Shown here in pieces: positions 39,524 through 49,715 of a stretch of DNA of 64,000 bases. Each line of letters opens with the position of its first letter. Within the stretch, counting starts at the first letter, position 1. Made by a program: the position numbers and the translations under genes. The stretch is from NCBI GenBank assembly GCA_050300635.1, contig JBNKYC010000016.1, positions 12,337-76,336 of the forward strand, given 5' to 3'. The stretch is from Polyangiaceae bacterium (GTDB lineage Bacteria; Myxococcota_A; Polyangia; Polyangiales; Polyangiaceae). The notes below the pieces were generated by a model. That model was given only the letters and a program-made list of their open reading frames with translations, had not been told where the DNA came from and did not search any database.

Positions 39524-42500
39524 CTAATTCAGATGTTGAGCGAGGAATTCGGCTGGATGCTGTGGTACGAAGCGGGCAAAACGCTTGACCTGGCTCCGGC
39601 ACGAGTGTCCCGTCGCAATCACTCGCTCCTGGCCTTCCATGTCCTGGGGAAGCCGCTGCCCCCAACTCATGTCAAAGATACCTCGCGACTCCTCCAGGTG
39701 TTCTGCCTCGTGGCCAAACACGCCGCACATACCACAGCAACCCGTAGCCTCGAGCTCGACTTGGAATCCAAACTGCTCGAAAACCTCTTGCCAAAGTTTC
39801 TGGCTCTTGGGTTCAAACGTGCGCTCTGTGCAGTGGCCGAACAGTCGGAGAGGTTCATCGACGGCAGCAGACTTCGTAACTGATGTCGCCCATGCGCCAC
39901 GGCGTGCGTGAAGGTACTCCTGGAGCATCTGCACCTCGAAGCCAAGTTCGGACAGAGCATGTTTGTATTCGTCACGATAGGTCAAGGTCACCGCTGGTTC
40001 GATCCCGATCATATCGATGCCAAGGCCCTGAACCTTCCGATAAAACTCCGCGTTCTTCTGGACGAGCTTTCGAAACTGAGAAACGAAGCCCTTGATATGC
40101 AGCCCCTTGCCGTTCTCTCGATAGGGGAGAAAAACGACACGCCGTCCTAGTCGAGTCAAGAGATCGTACACCGAAAGGGCGACATTGGGCTCGTAGAAGG
40201 TGGTAAAGGCGTCTTGCAGCACGAGTACCGTGCGCGCCTTTTCGTCCGTGCTGAGTTGAGCCAGACGCCTCCAATCAAAGGCGTCTGCTCCTCGCTCCTT
40301 GAGTCCAGCGGAAAGCGTCGCTTCGCCCAACGCCGGAGTATCCACGATGCCGATCACGCGCTCAGTGATCCATCGAACCAAGCTCAACTGGGTGACGAAG
40401 TTGAACAGCCGAGGCCAGGCACCAAGAAAGCCGAGCATCAACTCTAGGCCAGCAACAAAGTAGTCTTTCAAAGGGCGGCGATAGCGACTGTGATATTGCT
40501 CATAAAAGTCGGCCCGCATACTGGGGATATCGACTTTAATTGGACACTGCGTCGCGCAGGCCTTGCACGCAAGGCAACCGTTCATCGCATCGTAGACTTC
40601 GTGGGAGAAGTCTCTCGGTTCGCTGAGACGACCACGAAAGAACTGAGCGCTCGTCGATCCGTTGGGTTCTGCGCCAGCCAGATGCCCCTTTTGACTCGTC
40701 AACCTGAGCCACTCGCGCAAGATCCCAGCGCGTCCCTTGGGGGAGTGGATCCGCTCCTTGGTCACCTTGGAGGAGGGACACATAACAGCATCTGGATTGT
40801 AGTCGAAACAAGCGCCGTTGCCGTTGCAGAAGACAGCCTGAGAATACTTGTCGCGTACTCGTGGATCGATCTGACGATCGTAGGCGCCCCTGGTCATGGA
40901 ATCCACGCTCACCAAACGATCGCTGCTCTTCGAAGGCGTCGCGAGTTTGCCGGGATTGAGTTGATTGTGAGGATCAAAAGCCGCCTTGACACAACGAAGC
41001 TCTTCATAGAGCTCGGCGCCGAAGAAGGTTGGGGTGTACTCGCTGCGGTAACCGCGACCATGTTCGCCCCAAAGCACGCCACCGTACTTCTTGACCAGTC
41101 GGACGACTTCGTCGCTGATGTCCTTAAGTGCCTGCGCGTCCTCTTCTTTCTTCATGTCGAGAGCTGGCCGAACGTGGAGACATCCGACATCGACATGCCC
41201 AAACATGCCGTAGCGCAGACCTTTAGAGTCGAGCAAAGCCCGAAACTCTTGGATGTAGTCGGCCAGATGCTCGGGAGGCACCGCCGTGTCTTCGACGAAG
41301 GGGACGGGTCGACGTTCGCCTCGTGCGTTGCCCAATAGGCCAACTCCCTTCTTACGCAGCGACCAAAGCGAGGCGATATCGACGGGATCTGTTGCGACGA
41401 CATAACCCGAACTGCACCCAGTTTGACCGCGCTCGGCATCCAGCACTTGTCGAAGTTGGGTCACCTTGCCGGCCACTACCTCCGGGTCGTCCGACTCGAA
41501 TTCGACCAAGTTGACAGCCGCCACCGGCGGTTCATCCGCGGCATCGAGTAGGTGCGCCACCTGATGCCAAATCACGTCTTCTTTCGCGAGCCCTACAATC
41601 GTGTCGTCCACCGTCTCGATCGCTCCAGGTCCGGTCGCCACCAGGCGATTGGCGGCGCGCAGAGCCGCGTCGAACTCAGAATAGCGAATAGCGAACAGAG
41701 TCTTGTTCTTCGCAATCGGGGTCAGGCGCACCTTGGCTTCGGTCAAAATGACAAGAGTCCCTTCGGAGCCACATAGGACTCGCCCGAGATCAAAGGCGCC
41801 CTCTTGCTCAACGTGAGCAAGATCGTAGCCAGTCAAAAAGCGCTTGAGCTGCGGAATCTGTGTCTTGATGCGCTCAGAATTGCGTCGAACGATATCGCGC
41901 ACCTCGCGATAGACGTGACCTTCTTGCCCGGGACGAGCACAGGCGGCTTCGAGTTCGTCGGGGGCGAGACGTCCGGTTTCGGTGACCGTGCCATCAAGGA
42001 GAACAGCCCTCAGACCCATCACGTGCTCGCTCGTCTTACCGTAGATGCGTGACCCCTTGCCGCTTGCATCGGTATTGATCATGCCGCCCAAGGTGGCGCG
42101 GCTACTCGGAGACAGGTTCGGAGCAAAGAAGACTCCGTGGGGCTTCAGGTAGGCATTGAGTTGATCCAAGATCACACCGGGCTGCACGCGGACCCAACCT
42201 TCTTCCAGATTGAGCTCCAAGATGGATCGAAAGTGCTTGGACACATCGAGGATCACACCGTCGCACAGGGATTGCCCATTCGTTCCGGTGCCGCCGCCAC
42301 GGGGACTCAACTTGATCGGGCGAAACCTTTCCTGGGAGGCAAGACGCAGAACAGCCTGAATGTCGGCTTCCGATCGGGGATAGAGGACGGCCAAGGGCAC
42401 CAGTTGGTAGACGCTATTGTCCGTCGCCGTTACGAGACGTGTTGCATAATCCGTACGGATCTCGCCCTGGTAGGAGCTGCTTTCGACGGCTTTGAGAAAT

Positions 42501-42550
42501 TCGGCATATAGGCCGGGAAGATGCTCATCCGCGATAATCCTCGGAATCAT
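39524..42550 (-). CDS. FAD-linked oxidase fused to 4Fe-4S and CCG domains (YdiJ-like, D-2-hydroxyacid dehydrogenase-type)
   Basis: An N-terminal FAD-binding PCMH-type region (PRGGGTGTNGQS), then CLACKACATQCP ferredoxin-type Cys clusters, then C-terminal Cys-rich repeats (GCCGMCG). ATG at 42550. Confidence 0.8.
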   Translation of the reverse strand: MIPRIIADEHLPGLYAEFLKAVESSSYQGEIRTDYATRLVTATDNSVYQLVPLAVLYPRSEADIQAVLRLASQERFRPIKLSPRGGGTGTNGQSLCDGVILDVSKHFRSILELNLEEGWVRVQPGVILDQLNAYLKPHGVFFAPNLSPSSRATLGGMINTDASGKGSRIYGKTSEHVMGLRAVLLDGTVTETGRLAPDELEAACARPGQEGHVYREVRDIVRRNSERIKTQIPQLKRFLTGYDLAHVEQEGAFDLGRVLCGSEGTLVILTEAKVRLTPIAKNKTLFAIRYSEFDAALRAANRLVATGPGAIETVDDTIVGLAKEDVIWHQVAHLLDAADEPPVAAVNLVEFESDDPEVVAGKVTQLRQVLDAERGQTGCSSGYVVATDPVDIASLWSLRKKGVGLLGNARGERRPVPFVEDTAVPPEHLADYIQEFRALLDSKGLRYGMFGHVDVGCLHVRPALDMKKEEDAQALKDISDEVVRLVKKYGGVLWGEHGRGYRSEYTPTFFGAELYEELRCVKAAFDPHNQLNPGKLATPSKSSDRLVSVDSMTRGAYDRQIDPRVRDKYSQAVFCNGNGACFDYNPDAVMCPSSKVTKERIHSPKGRAGILREWLRLTSQKGHLAGAEPNGSTSAQFFRGRLSEPRDFSHEVYDAMNGCLACKACATQCPIKVDIPSMRADFYEQYHSRYRRPLKDYFVAGLELMLGFLGAWPRLFNFVTQLSLVRWITERVIGIVDTPALGEATLSAGLKERGADAFDWRRLAQLSTDEKARTVLVLQDAFTTFYEPNVALSVYDLLTRLGRRVVFLPYRENGKGLHIKGFVSQFRKLVQKNAEFYRKVQGLGIDMIGIEPAVTLTYRDEYKHALSELGFEVQMLQEYLHARRGAWATSVTKSAAVDEPLRLFGHCTERTFEPKSQKLWQEVFEQFGFQVELEATGCCGMCGVFGHEAEHLEESRGIFDMSWGQRLPQDMEGQERVIATGHSCRSQVKRFARFVPQHPAEFLAQHLN

Positions 42551-42605
42551 GCCGCCGAGATAGTCGATCCACCCGGTCCACGCTAGCCTTGCCCCGAGCA
42601 ACTCG

Positions 42606-43145
42606 ATGACGCGACGCGACCTCTTACTTTTCAGCCTGGCCGCTGGCGGAGCCCTGAGCATCGCTTGGGCTGTATTTTCGCCCAAAAGTGACGAAGAACG
42701 CGTGGCCGAGCAGTTGCATGCCCTGGCGGACGCCGTGCACTTCTCGGAGCCTATTTTAAACCCCTTGTTCTGGGGAACGCGTGTCGCTGAGAAGATGGAG
42801 CCCCTGACCAGCCCCTCTCTGATCTTGTCTCTGGCAGAAATAGGCGGAAGCCCACCGACGGAGCGTAGACAGTTGGCCCTGGCCGGAGCCCAGATGCTTT
42901 CGCGTTATGGCTCTTTCGAGGTGCACCTCGAGGACCTCAACATCCGCCTCAATGAGACCGGTGCTCAAGCGTGGGCGCGAGCGCGTACCCTTGCCAACGA
43001 AGCCGGGCAGATCCGAAGCGATACCCGAAAGGTACACTTTCGATTGGATAAGGCTTCGAGCGATTACCTAATCACCCACATCGAAGTCGAGTCGCCGGAT
43101 CACAGCACCGAAACGAATAGAACCACAGGACCTCTCGTCCCATAA
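42606..43145 (+). CDS. hypothetical secreted/anchored protein
   Basis: 179-aa ORF with an N-terminal hydrophobic segment (LLLFSLAAGGALSIAWAVF). No family recognised. Confidence 0.4.
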   Translation: MTRRDLLLFSLAAGGALSIAWAVFSPKSDEERVAEQLHALADAVHFSEPILNPLFWGTRVAEKMEPLTSPSLILSLAEIGGSPPTERRQLALAGAQMLSRYGSFEVHLEDLNIRLNETGAQAWARARTLANEAGQIRSDTRKVHFRLDKASSDYLITHIEVESPDHSTETNRTTGPLVP

Positions 43146-43211
43146 GAGTGCGGCGCGAGGGCAAGCGCAACATGCGACAAGGGCGTTCTGGAAGCCCACG
43201 AAATCGCTTTG

Positions 43212-45683
43212 TTAGTAGACGAGCCCTGGACCCAAGGCATGGATCTCGTGCCCCCAGACTTGCGTTTCGCCCCGGTTGTCAGAAACGGTGAGTTGATCCC
43301 GCCCGTCCACAGATACCATATGGGGAAATTGCGCCGGAGCTTCTGTCATCCAAGGAACGGGGATGCGCAAGGAATGCCAGCGACCTTCAGATCTCCCTTT
43401 CGGGGTCGAGGGCCATAATGCCTGGCGACAAAGACGCGCGACTCTCGCTTCGGGTTCGTAGGTGTAGCACGCGCGCAGCGCCTTTTCGGTCTCCGTGTCA
43501 TACTGTGGAGCGAAGAGTAGCCCTGCAGCAATCGCACGGCGCACTACGAGCTCGGAACTATGCAGAAGCACTTCGTTCGGCTCACGTCCACCACAATCCA
43601 GGCTCGCTTCGGCAGCGAGCCCCCATGCCGCCGCCCGCAGGCCGTCGTTTTTGGACGCACAGTCCTGAGCCCGGAGAAGATCTTTCGGAAGGGGTTCAAG
43701 CACACCGCGCGCTCGTGCACGTCCGATCCCGCGGAGCGCTGCCGCCCGGACATAGAGCGGACGTTTCGCACTCCAAGCGAGGAAGTCGTCCGCGGTGGTT
43801 CGATCGCTAATCCACCCCCAGGTTTCCAGAGCCAAGGCCACGACGCGGGAGGCCGAGTCTCCGAGCAACCCCCTCACCACCAAGCGCGCATCTTCGCGCT
43901 TGGTCAGGACCTGAACCAACTGCAGGCGCTCGGGGACCGATAGTTTAGGAACAAGCGAGCTCAACCTGGACGCGTCTAGGCTGCGACCCAAGGCGGGGAC
44001 CAAGCGTAGGCGTGCGACCCGCGGCAGTGCGCGGAAAAGCTCAAGCAGTTGCTCTTGTAGTTCGGGATCGTTGGGCACGCTTAGCCCCTCGGCGGCCAGA
44101 AGCAAAATCGAACCACCCCTCATCTTCCGTCCCTCCACGAAGGTGAGCAAAGCTCGGGCCCGGGCGCCCTTTGTTCCCTCGGCGAGGGTCTCCGCGGCGA
44201 CAAGGCGAAGTTCGCGTCGCCCCTCCATCAGCAATGCCTCGAACTCGGCCGCGCTCGAGGCCCAGGTCGCCCCAAGGCGCGTAGCGGCTTCAGCAACAAG
44301 AGGATGGGTCGCGTCCCGGTAGGCTCGGAGCCACGGGCGCTCGTGGGGCGCAGGAGCACGAGCCAGCAAGGTGAGTAGGGCAGCGAGATGAGCAGGCTGG
44401 GACGAAGCACGACGAAGCCCGAGCAGAAGCGGCTCGAAAGCGAAACCGGGGAGCTGAGCAATCGAGCTCAAGTACCCCAAAACGGCGTCACGTTCGCCAG
44501 CTCCAACCCGACCGGGAGAAGAGACCATTTCGAGAGCTCGGACGAGAAGCCTCTCTTCGCTGGGACTGACTCGACCGCTGGTCGAGTTAGAGGCGAGGAG
44601 GGAAAAGGCCTGGGCGGATGAAAGCCGCCGTTCGTCGACCGGTGACCACAAAGCCGATGCCCCGCCTCCCTGAAGGAGGTGCAGTTGAGCGCAGAACTCC
44701 AGCTCTGAAGAAACCGCATGGGCGAGGCAGTCCGTGACATCCACTGCTCGGGGCAATGACCCGAGACGCACCCAAGATAGGAGAGACGAGCTAACTCGGG
44801 GCACGGAGGTGAGCGCCTTGATGAATTCGGACTCCGCCAGATCGGGATCGAGAGCGAAAAGAGCTCCCAGCGCGCTCAGTTGCGCCCTCTGCATGGGCAC
44901 CTTTCGGATGAGCTCAATGAGTCCAGGTATGGCCTGCTGGTCGCCACAAAATTGCAGGGCCTGAGCGGCCGCGGCGGACACTTGAAGACTCGGATCGTCG
45001 AGAGCCCCGAGCAAAGCCGGAACGGTATCCCGATGTGCCAAGACAGAAAGCGCCTTGACCACGGCCAGTCGGACCTCGTCCTCGGCGTCCTGAAGTTGGC
45101 CCGCCAAGTAAATAGCCACCGACTGGTCGCGGAGTAGCCCCAGAGCACGCGCACCTGCGGCCCGCACCTCGGGCTGCCGGTCGCTGAGCGAGGTCAAAAC
45201 GAGCTGTGCGGCCGTCCGGCTCCATTGGGGCGGCGTCGCTCCAAGCGCAGATAGCGCTGCGAGGCGGACCTCGGCTTCGTGATCGCTGACCAGACGTCCC
45301 AATATCGCGAGCTGCTGCCGACCTGGCTGAAGGGCAAGTAGTTGGGCAGCCCAACGGCGCTCGATGGCACTAGTGCTCCTTTCCCAGAGAGAGGCAACCC
45401 GCGCGACTCCGACCAGATTGTTGCGCAAAGCGAGTTCAACGAGAAGCGCTCGAAGCTCAGGGTCCTCGTATTCAATCAACTCCACAGCGAGCGCTTCAAG
45501 TTCGCTCCGCGGAAGCTGAGCGGCGCTTTCGGCCGCAGCCTTCCTTTGCTCTTCTGATCCGGAACGCAATCCCTCGGCGAGCGGTTTCGCGGCAACTGGC
45601 CAATGAGCACGAGCCGAACCAGCGAACCCAAGCACAAAGAACGCACCAAGCGCCCAGCCATAGACCGACCTCAACATGCTCAC
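43212..45683 (-). CDS. HEAT/armadillo-like repeat protein with signal peptide
   Basis: 823 aa of Leu/Ala-rich helical repeats with recurring D..VR.AA..AL motifs. N-terminal signal GWALGAFFVLGFAGSARA. Confidence 0.6.
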   Translation of the reverse strand: MSMLRSVYGWALGAFFVLGFAGSARAHWPVAAKPLAEGLRSGSEEQRKAAAESAAQLPRSELEALAVELIEYEDPELRALLVELALRNNLVGVARVASLWERSTSAIERRWAAQLLALQPGRQQLAILGRLVSDHEAEVRLAALSALGATPPQWSRTAAQLVLTSLSDRQPEVRAAGARALGLLRDQSVAIYLAGQLQDAEDEVRLAVVKALSVLAHRDTVPALLGALDDPSLQVSAAAAQALQFCGDQQAIPGLIELIRKVPMQRAQLSALGALFALDPDLAESEFIKALTSVPRVSSSLLSWVRLGSLPRAVDVTDCLAHAVSSELEFCAQLHLLQGGGASALWSPVDERRLSSAQAFSLLASNSTSGRVSPSEERLLVRALEMVSSPGRVGAGERDAVLGYLSSIAQLPGFAFEPLLLGLRRASSQPAHLAALLTLLARAPAPHERPWLRAYRDATHPLVAEAATRLGATWASSAAEFEALLMEGRRELRLVAAETLAEGTKGARARALLTFVEGRKMRGGSILLLAAEGLSVPNDPELQEQLLELFRALPRVARLRLVPALGRSLDASRLSSLVPKLSVPERLQLVQVLTKREDARLVVRGLLGDSASRVVALALETWGWISDRTTADDFLAWSAKRPLYVRAAALRGIGRARARGVLEPLPKDLLRAQDCASKNDGLRAAAWGLAAEASLDCGGREPNEVLLHSSELVVRRAIAAGLLFAPQYDTETEKALRACYTYEPEARVARLCRQALWPSTPKGRSEGRWHSLRIPVPWMTEAPAQFPHMVSVDGRDQLTVSDNRGETQVWGHEIHALGPGLVY

Positions 45684-47954
45684 CTACAAATGCCCCTGCG
45701 CCCGACGGATCAGCCAATGAATGCTCATGAGAGCCACCGCGAGAGTAGCCCAAATCCAGTTGGAGAGCACAGGGTGGCTCACCCGTTCGGCCGACACGAA
45801 GGAGGACTCCACTGGAGGTACTTCCGCGATTTGATCCCGAAATACCGAAACGCCCCCCGTCGCCGCTGCGATGCTCCTCAGGCGCTCGGCATCGGGACGA
45901 CTATCCGCCCAGGCCTCCCCTCCCTCTTCACAGGCAATCACCGTTCGCGAAGGCGGCGCCGCGCCCACGCGAACTCGGGCCGCATAGCCCCCTTCCGGGA
46001 TCTTGCGTGCGATGAATCGCCGCGCACCACCGCCACCGGCTTCGACTTCTTGCAAGGGCAAAGCATCGACTGCACCCGAGCCCAACTTTTCGAGACTGAG
46101 TCGGATCTCTTCTTTTGTTCCCAAGATGGGGTGAACCGAAAACCCCTGGTCCACTCCGGCTTGGCACGGCCCTTCGAGTTGAAGCTGAGCGCTCTCGTAC
46201 CGCGGGTCTCTCATTAACCATCCAAGCAGCCCCTCCCAAAGATCGGCATGGGCGCGCCCTCCCGTTTTCGCTCCCAACTCGCCGAAGCGCAGCTGGTGAG
46301 TCCCATCCACCGATAAAGAAATGCTTCGACCATCCCCCACCTCATAGACGGCGAGAATGGGCATTTTTTCTGGGGCAGAACGCGCGGGTAGTGTCTCGGT
46401 GGGGTGTTCCCAGAGGACAAGGGCGCCCTCCTTTGGGGCACCGAGAACATTGGATCCGTCCATTTCGGGCAACACGTCGCCCAAGTTGTTGCGCAATGCC
46501 CGTAAGATCGGCGCCGCCCTCCCCACATCAGTTGCTTGAGGAACGAAGGGCTTTCTCACGATCAACTCACCGTCCTTGGGAAGTTGTACCGGAAGCACGT
46601 CTTCGAGTGGGGACCCAGCATACCCGCCAGAAGAAAACCCCGTCGGCCCACCTACCAAGACCAGGCCGCCTCCTCGGATCACGTAATCCTTCATCGACCG
46701 AAAATAACGATCCAACCGGTAGCGCCTGGCATCGATGTCCTGGAGAATCACGGCATCGAAGCTGCTCAGGTGGTCGGAAAACAGTTCGTCCACCGGAAAG
46801 GGGATGAGCGCAAGTTCATCCTGCTCGGCCTGCACCTGATCACTTTCGGTGCGCAAAATGAAGAAAGAGATCAAGTCCGTGCTTTCGTCCGACTTGAGAA
46901 AGCGTCGAAGAGCCCGCACATCATAGGTGGGGCGCCCAGCGACGTGCAGCATTCTCAGGCGATCACGACGTACCAAGACAGGGATGATGCGGTGATCGTT
47001 TTCGACCACTGCGTCAGGCTCATCCCCTACAAGTCGAATCAAAAGAGCCCGGTTCCCCGCCTGTTCTAGAGTCACTTTTAGAGAAAGAAGAGCTCGCCCC
47101 CCTTCACCTCGAGCTTCGCCTCGAGCCAAGAGTCGCTCGGGCTGACGCTCCATGAGTTCAAAAACCTCGACCTCCACCTGATCGCAGGACTCGGGGAGGT
47201 GGCACCCCACCTCGACCTCCAGGCGAAACGGCTGGTGGGCAACGGCCGATCCAGTAAAACCGATAGAACGCAAACTTCGGTCTTTAGGGGAAGCCTCAGC
47301 GACCGCAATCGTATGGACCGGAACTCCTGCGCTTTTCGAACGCAAAAGATTGCGCCAGGCCTCATCTGCGAGAGGTCCAGGTCGAGTCATTCGCCCATCG
47401 CTGATCACAATCACCGCCTGAGGCAGTTCCGCAGATTCGTCCAAGGCACGGGGAAGCGCTGCGAGCAAGTCACTTCCCGAAGCGGGACCTGGGTCGTCGA
47501 AGGTCGTCGTCGCGTCGCTAGAGAGCAGCTCAGAAGTAAATGCGCGCACGACGACTCTCGCCCCTTTGAGATGAGCCTTGAGCTCGTTCACAGCTTCGGC
47601 GGCAAGCTCGCGTCTGGTCTCGGCTACGGTCCCCAAATGATCCGTGGCGGGTAGGTCCATCCGATGGGAGCTATCAACCAAGACCAAAACGTATCCAGGA
47701 ACGGTCTTGCCCTTGAGAGAAAGCGAAACCGGGCGCAGCACCGCGAGGGCCAGAGCGATAGTGGCCAAGGCACCCGAGACAAAAACGAGAAATCCTTTTG
47801 AGCGAATTCGACGGATCTCGAGCAAGAGCAAAAGCAAACTTGCACCAACGAGGCACCAAACAATGACCTGCGCCAACAGCGGCAAATCGTCGGAGAACCG
47901 CAACTGACTCCAGGCTCCGGATCCGAAATTCGATCCACTGAAAGCAAACATCAT
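45684..47954 (-). CDS. BatA-like membrane protein (N-terminal double-TM, vWA-like and GATase1-like/DUF1355-like regions)
   Basis: N-terminal TM pair, then YVLVLVDSSHRMD and AVIVISDGR (vWA-like), then DAVILQDID...GGGLVLVGG (class-I amidotransferase-like fold). Assigned from memory of family blocks. Confidence 0.55.
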   Translation of the reverse strand: MMFAFSGSNFGSGAWSQLRFSDDLPLLAQVIVWCLVGASLLLLLLEIRRIRSKGFLVFVSGALATIALALAVLRPVSLSLKGKTVPGYVLVLVDSSHRMDLPATDHLGTVAETRRELAAEAVNELKAHLKGARVVVRAFTSELLSSDATTTFDDPGPASGSDLLAALPRALDESAELPQAVIVISDGRMTRPGPLADEAWRNLLRSKSAGVPVHTIAVAEASPKDRSLRSIGFTGSAVAHQPFRLEVEVGCHLPESCDQVEVEVFELMERQPERLLARGEARGEGGRALLSLKVTLEQAGNRALLIRLVGDEPDAVVENDHRIIPVLVRRDRLRMLHVAGRPTYDVRALRRFLKSDESTDLISFFILRTESDQVQAEQDELALIPFPVDELFSDHLSSFDAVILQDIDARRYRLDRYFRSMKDYVIRGGGLVLVGGPTGFSSGGYAGSPLEDVLPVQLPKDGELIVRKPFVPQATDVGRAAPILRALRNNLGDVLPEMDGSNVLGAPKEGALVLWEHPTETLPARSAPEKMPILAVYEVGDGRSISLSVDGTHQLRFGELGAKTGGRAHADLWEGLLGWLMRDPRYESAQLQLEGPCQAGVDQGFSVHPILGTKEEIRLSLEKLGSGAVDALPLQEVEAGGGGARRFIARKIPEGGYAARVRVGAAPPSRTVIACEEGGEAWADSRPDAERLRSIAAATGGVSVFRDQIAEVPPVESSFVSAERVSHPVLSNWIWATLAVALMSIHWLIRRAQGHL

Positions 47955-47957
47955 GAA

Positions 47958-48713
47958 TCAGCGCTCCTGCCGACGGCGCATCAAAAAGGGAGCATGGACT
48001 TGGTCGTCTTTGTAGTCCGAACACAAGACGTACATGGCGATGTTCACCGCAAAGCGAATCGCGAGTTGACGCGCTGTGGCATCACCGGACTGCATTGGCA
48101 AGGCCCAGGTTTCGCCCTCACGAGCCAAGGCACCCAGAAGATCGTGATTCAAAAACAGAACTTGGACGTTCTTTCCTGAAAGGATGGCCTCGATATGCCC
48201 GGGACCGTTCGCCCGGCCGTAGGGGCCGTCGAGGATGTAGAAGGACTTGAAGAGCACATGATTCTTGTCGAGGCGCACCGGGGTCGCCTCAGGCAGTATC
48301 TTCGCGACCTCGCGGTGAGCCGCCTTCAGGAAGGCTCCCCCCTCGGGAACAGGGGTTCGATCGTCCACAAGCAGGATGCCCCCCATACGCAGATACTCTC
48401 TCAGTCCGCGGATAGCGCGCTGGTCCAAGGGGCCCGGGTCTTTGCTATCGGTCCAAACTAAGAAAGGCTCTTTGAGGAGCTCGTTGCTCTTTGGAGCCAC
48501 CGAGAAACTCGCCAACTTTCCCGGTGCACTTGTGCGCCGGGTCAACTCAAGAGCCCAGCGTCGCGTCGCGGTCAGCTCCAACTTGAGGTCCTTGCGGCGG
48601 AGCGAAAGCAATCGCGCATGAAAGGCTCCGTCTTCGCCGAAAGACCAAGCGGGATCACTGAGTAACGCCGCCGCTGTGGCAAACAGCGCTTGCCTACGCC
48701 CCACCTTCGTCAC
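47958..48713 (-). CDS. DUF4159-like protein with Tat-type signal
   Basis: GRRQALFATAAALL twin-Arg signal, then GGILLVDD and a C-terminal DYKDDQVHAPF. The GTG at 48713 makes a GTGA overlap with the upstream stop. The ORF is open to 48737. Confidence 0.5.
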   Translation of the reverse strand: MTKVGRRQALFATAAALLSDPAWSFGEDGAFHARLLSLRRKDLKLELTATRRWALELTRRTSAPGKLASFSVAPKSNELLKEPFLVWTDSKDPGPLDQRAIRGLREYLRMGGILLVDDRTPVPEGGAFLKAAHREVAKILPEATPVRLDKNHVLFKSFYILDGPYGRANGPGHIEAILSGKNVQVLFLNHDLLGALAREGETWALPMQSGDATARQLAIRFAVNIAMYVLCSDYKDDQVHAPFLMRRRQER

Positions 48714-49387
48714 CGGGGCACCTCCGAGATCAACCAACCGGCATCGGACTTTTTTAGCCGGATCGTCATGCCACCAGGAAGAGCAACTGTGGCGCGGTCG
48801 TTTTCGATATCGACTACCGCAAAATGCGACTGGGCTACCGCGTCCTCCAACTGCCTAAGCAAATCATCCACCGTCTCTCCGAGCTCCGGAGTCAGAACGG
48901 ACTGCAGGAGCTGGTAGTCCCGCAGAGCAAGCGCGAGGTGGAAACGCTCAACGGCGTCCAAGGGCCCTTGCGCAGGAAGTTGCAGTAGATCAACTCTAGA
49001 GATGCCGAAGTCCCCGTGGTCAGCGCGCAAGCCCACTTCGCGACCGTCCCCGAGCTCCACGGCGGCTTGAGTCACCACCCGAGCGTCTGCCTTGAGCGCC
49101 TCGACTCTTGAAGCAAGCTCTGCCTCGTTTTGAGTAAGTAGAAGCTTGAGCTCTTCCTTCGAAATCCGAGCCTGCGCCTCGTCGCTCATCATCGACCACA
49201 TGCTTTCGACGTCTTGACTGAGAGCGGCACGCGCATAATCACTCACGGCGGTTTCGACGCTCGGCGGGCGCTTGGCCGCGCACCCCCAAGCAAGAATCGA
49301 AACCATGCTGAGCAGGATCCGAGGGGCCACCCGACAAGTGCCGAGGCTACGAGCGTGTAGCCGCTTTTTTGATAATAAGAACGCCAA
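48710..49387 (-). CDS. hypothetical lipoprotein
   Basis: Lipobox ILAWGC in a 225-aa ORF. Confidence 0.45.
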   Translation of the reverse strand: MAFLLSKKRLHARSLGTCRVAPRILLSMVSILAWGCAAKRPPSVETAVSDYARAALSQDVESMWSMMSDEAQARISKEELKLLLTQNEAELASRVEALKADARVVTQAAVELGDGREVGLRADHGDFGISRVDLLQLPAQGPLDAVERFHLALALRDYQLLQSVLTPELGETVDDLLRQLEDAVAQSHFAVVDIENDRATVALPGGMTIRLKKSDAGWLISEVPR

Positions 49388-49490
49388 GATGAGCTCAAGT
49401 CCCTTTCAGCCCCGATCATCTTGGTCAACCCCCGCAGTCAATTCAATACCCCAAGTTGATGCGGACAGGTGCGTCGCCTATGAATGACGG

Positions 49491-49715
49491 GTGACTTCGG
49501 AAAAACGACTCGCTCGGGCCCACAGCTCGATTAGATGGGGCACCACTTCGGGGGCCCTCGGAGTGGCACTTTCCCTTTTCGGCGACGGCAATCTCGGTGG
49601 AACCTTCGTCATCGTCGGAGTAGCGACGGCGCTGTTTGGGCTCCATCACCTGGGGCGGGTGGGAACACGAGAGCCCCTCGCACGCCCCACCCCAAGCGGC
49701 CCCGCTCGAGATTAG
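49491..49715 (+). CDS. possible small two-TM membrane protein (74 aa), unverified
   Basis: It lies in an otherwise unassigned ~320-bp gap. Two hydrophobic stretches (GALGVALSLF, GTFVIVGVATALFGL) and GC-rich third positions. GTG start without a clear Shine-Dalgarno. Confidence 0.2.
   Translation: MTSEKRLARAHSSIRWGTTSGALGVALSLFGDGNLGGTFVIVGVATALFGLHHLGRVGTREPLARPTPSGPARD

Noticed and set aside
38727-39665. 312-aa minus-strand ORF
   Set aside because: It is antisense to the low-complexity Pro/Ala-rich part of the zinc-ribbon/GYF gene and gives an Arg/Gly-rich junk translation. It also runs through the 39417-39458 terminator.
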